DNA of 63,299 nucleotides, counting the filler, from Rhabdomonas costata (lineage: Eukaryota): NCBI GenBank assembly GCA_019059605.1. It is 51 parts of 51 records of this genome, joined end to end, with 100 filler letters (N's around TTAATTAATTAA, not from the genome) between each part and the next. Parts side by side here need not be neighbours in the genome. Positions count along the whole stretch, not along the records: positions 60,914 to 62,056 come from JAHMHO010026504.1; positions 62,157 to 63,299 come from JAHMHO010026505.1; 49 more parts are not named here. One strand, written 5' to 3'. This document shows positions 61,737-63,299 of the stretch, piece by piece. How positions within the stretch are numbered: the stretch's first letter is position 1; each line of letters opens with the position of its first letter. The position numbers and the translations under genes are program-made. A model generated the notes under the pieces. The model had not been told where the DNA came from. It ran no database searches and saw only the letters and a list, made by a program, of their open reading frames with translations.

Positions 61737-63299
61737 GCATGCGCTGCCCCACCCACACCACGTTACGTTACTTTCTGGGATCTCAGCACAAGGTTAGCCC
61801 CATCGTTGCGGGCGCTTCCCGAGCATTGCTGCACTCCCTTTCCCGGAGGAACCACTCAGAATAGAGCTGAGCGCATCGGAAAGCGGAAGGCTGCCGGTGC
61901 TCCCCGCATGGATGGCAGTGTGCGCATTCATGCACTCCATTTCTGTGTCTGCCGCCTCCGCCGGTGTTTGTGCCTATGCGAATACGGTGGTGGTGGTGGT
62001 GGTGGTGGTGTGGTGGTGGTGTTTTTCCTCGTAAATCAGTTTTTTTCACCCAACACNNNNNNNNNNNNNNNNNNNNNNNNNNNNNNNNNNNNNNNNNNNN
62101 TTAATTAATTAANNNNNNNNNNNNNNNNNNNNNNNNNNNNNNNNNNNNNNNNNNNNGGTGGTGGTGCATCACTGTATGATACTTTGGAACATACAGTGAT
62201 GCACCAGTACCTTCCACCGTCCATTGCCCGCAGCGAGAACAGGCATGTACCATCTCTTCAAAAGGTTTGAGCTTCTAAAGTTGAAAAGAATTGAACAGCA
62301 ACGGAATCGTACCGCAGCAGGATCAGCGTGTGCTGCAAGCTGGGGCTTGGAAGGTCCTCCAAGCAGATCGGGCACTCCAGCACTCCCGTGAAGAGCTGTT
62401 CGTAAAGACCTTCGCGAGCGATATGTGTGGTATGTGTATCTTAGAGATAGATCCAAAGGGCGCGAATGTAAATGCGCCGAAGCATCACACAATCACCAGC
62501 ATTAATTTTCCTGCACTCGTTAGGATCGTTAGGTTCTGCAAGATCGGGCAAGTCCGAACCCTTAAAACAGCATAAAAAAATCACTCCTAGAAAATGAGCA
62601 GTGAGCCCCTCTCAGGACAGGCTTTTAGTGGCTGCACATTTGCCATTGCTATTTTGCACCATCAATTTCCATTGCTTTCTTCCCAAAAGAGGTCTGGCGG
62701 CGCTCAAGTCACACAGCACCAACAAGGAACAAGGGAAGGAAGAAAGGAAGGGAGGGAGAAAGACCATCCACCAGCTCTGGGCAGGAGGTCAGAAAGTACG
62801 AGATCTCATCGAGAAGCACTTTGGAGAAGGGAAAGAGTGACAGTTTCTCCATGGGACTGGGAAGAGGTGGCGCCCAAAGCCCTATATCATAAGGAAGTCA
62901 CAAGAAAAGGATAAGCGCAAAAGAGAACGAGGACGAGAGAGAGGTGGACCCATGAGGGTCCGATGCATTTATCTTGGGGGGGGGATCACATGCTTCACGG
63001 CATTAAACGTTTAAGTTAAGGCTGAACGGTCAAGTTCCGCCTCATCCGTCCGTGCGCCTCCGCCCTTACAATGCTGTCCAAAAACAATCCACAGAGTCCC
63101 AAAACCTTTACCGCCGTTAACCCCATACCCAATCGTCCCACTCGTGCCTGTTCTTCACTCATACTCTGGGTCATATCTGAAAAGAAAAACACCCATCCTA
63201 TACAGGGGTTCTGGGAGGTGAAGAGTGATGCCTGGGGCAGAGTACGCCTCGGGTAGACCGGGCCAGTTGGAAAGGAACTGCTGCAGCGCACCCCAAAAA

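Noticed and set aside
1140-62156. Regularly spaced TTAATTAATTAA as a CRISPR array or biological repeat
   Set aside because: Always embedded in 44+44 Ns; it is an artificial six-frame-stop linker.

Overview
This window is not one locus. It is 51 unrelated contigs of about 1.14 kb each, joined by an artificial 100-nt linker (N44-TTAATTAATTAA-N44). Most contig ends carry G/T-only (5') or C/A-only (3') tails, and one has a near-exact TGTGTTGGGTGTGTTTGG primer, which points to a whole-genome-amplified draft assembly. The DNA is from an intron-dense, flagellated eukaryote; a euglenid-like protist is my inference. Exons are short and GC3-rich with spliceosomal introns. Recognisable fragments include CFAP44, BBS1, a dynein heavy chain, TCP1, MCM8, Misato, RAB3GAP1, chorismate mutase, a FIG4/SAC phosphatase, PP2C, a MAP3K, a CHERP-like protein, CLC CBS domains, ABCG, GT8, an amino-acid permease and a PstS-type domain. 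Most supplied six-frame ORFs are spurious or run through introns. The best leads are: (1) a 1017-bp circular or tandem unit with hairpins that favour the minus strand; (2) several probable GC-AG introns; (3) a spliced protein with an eIF4E-binding-type YxxxxLL motif; (4) a gag ORF with a -1 frameshift signal; (5) a decayed intronless dUTPase; (6) a protein of tandem CIDE-N/PB1-like repeats; (7) a dispersed ~90-bp repeat; and (8) a Merlin-like transposon end. All protein calls come from motifs recognised by eye, not from database searches.
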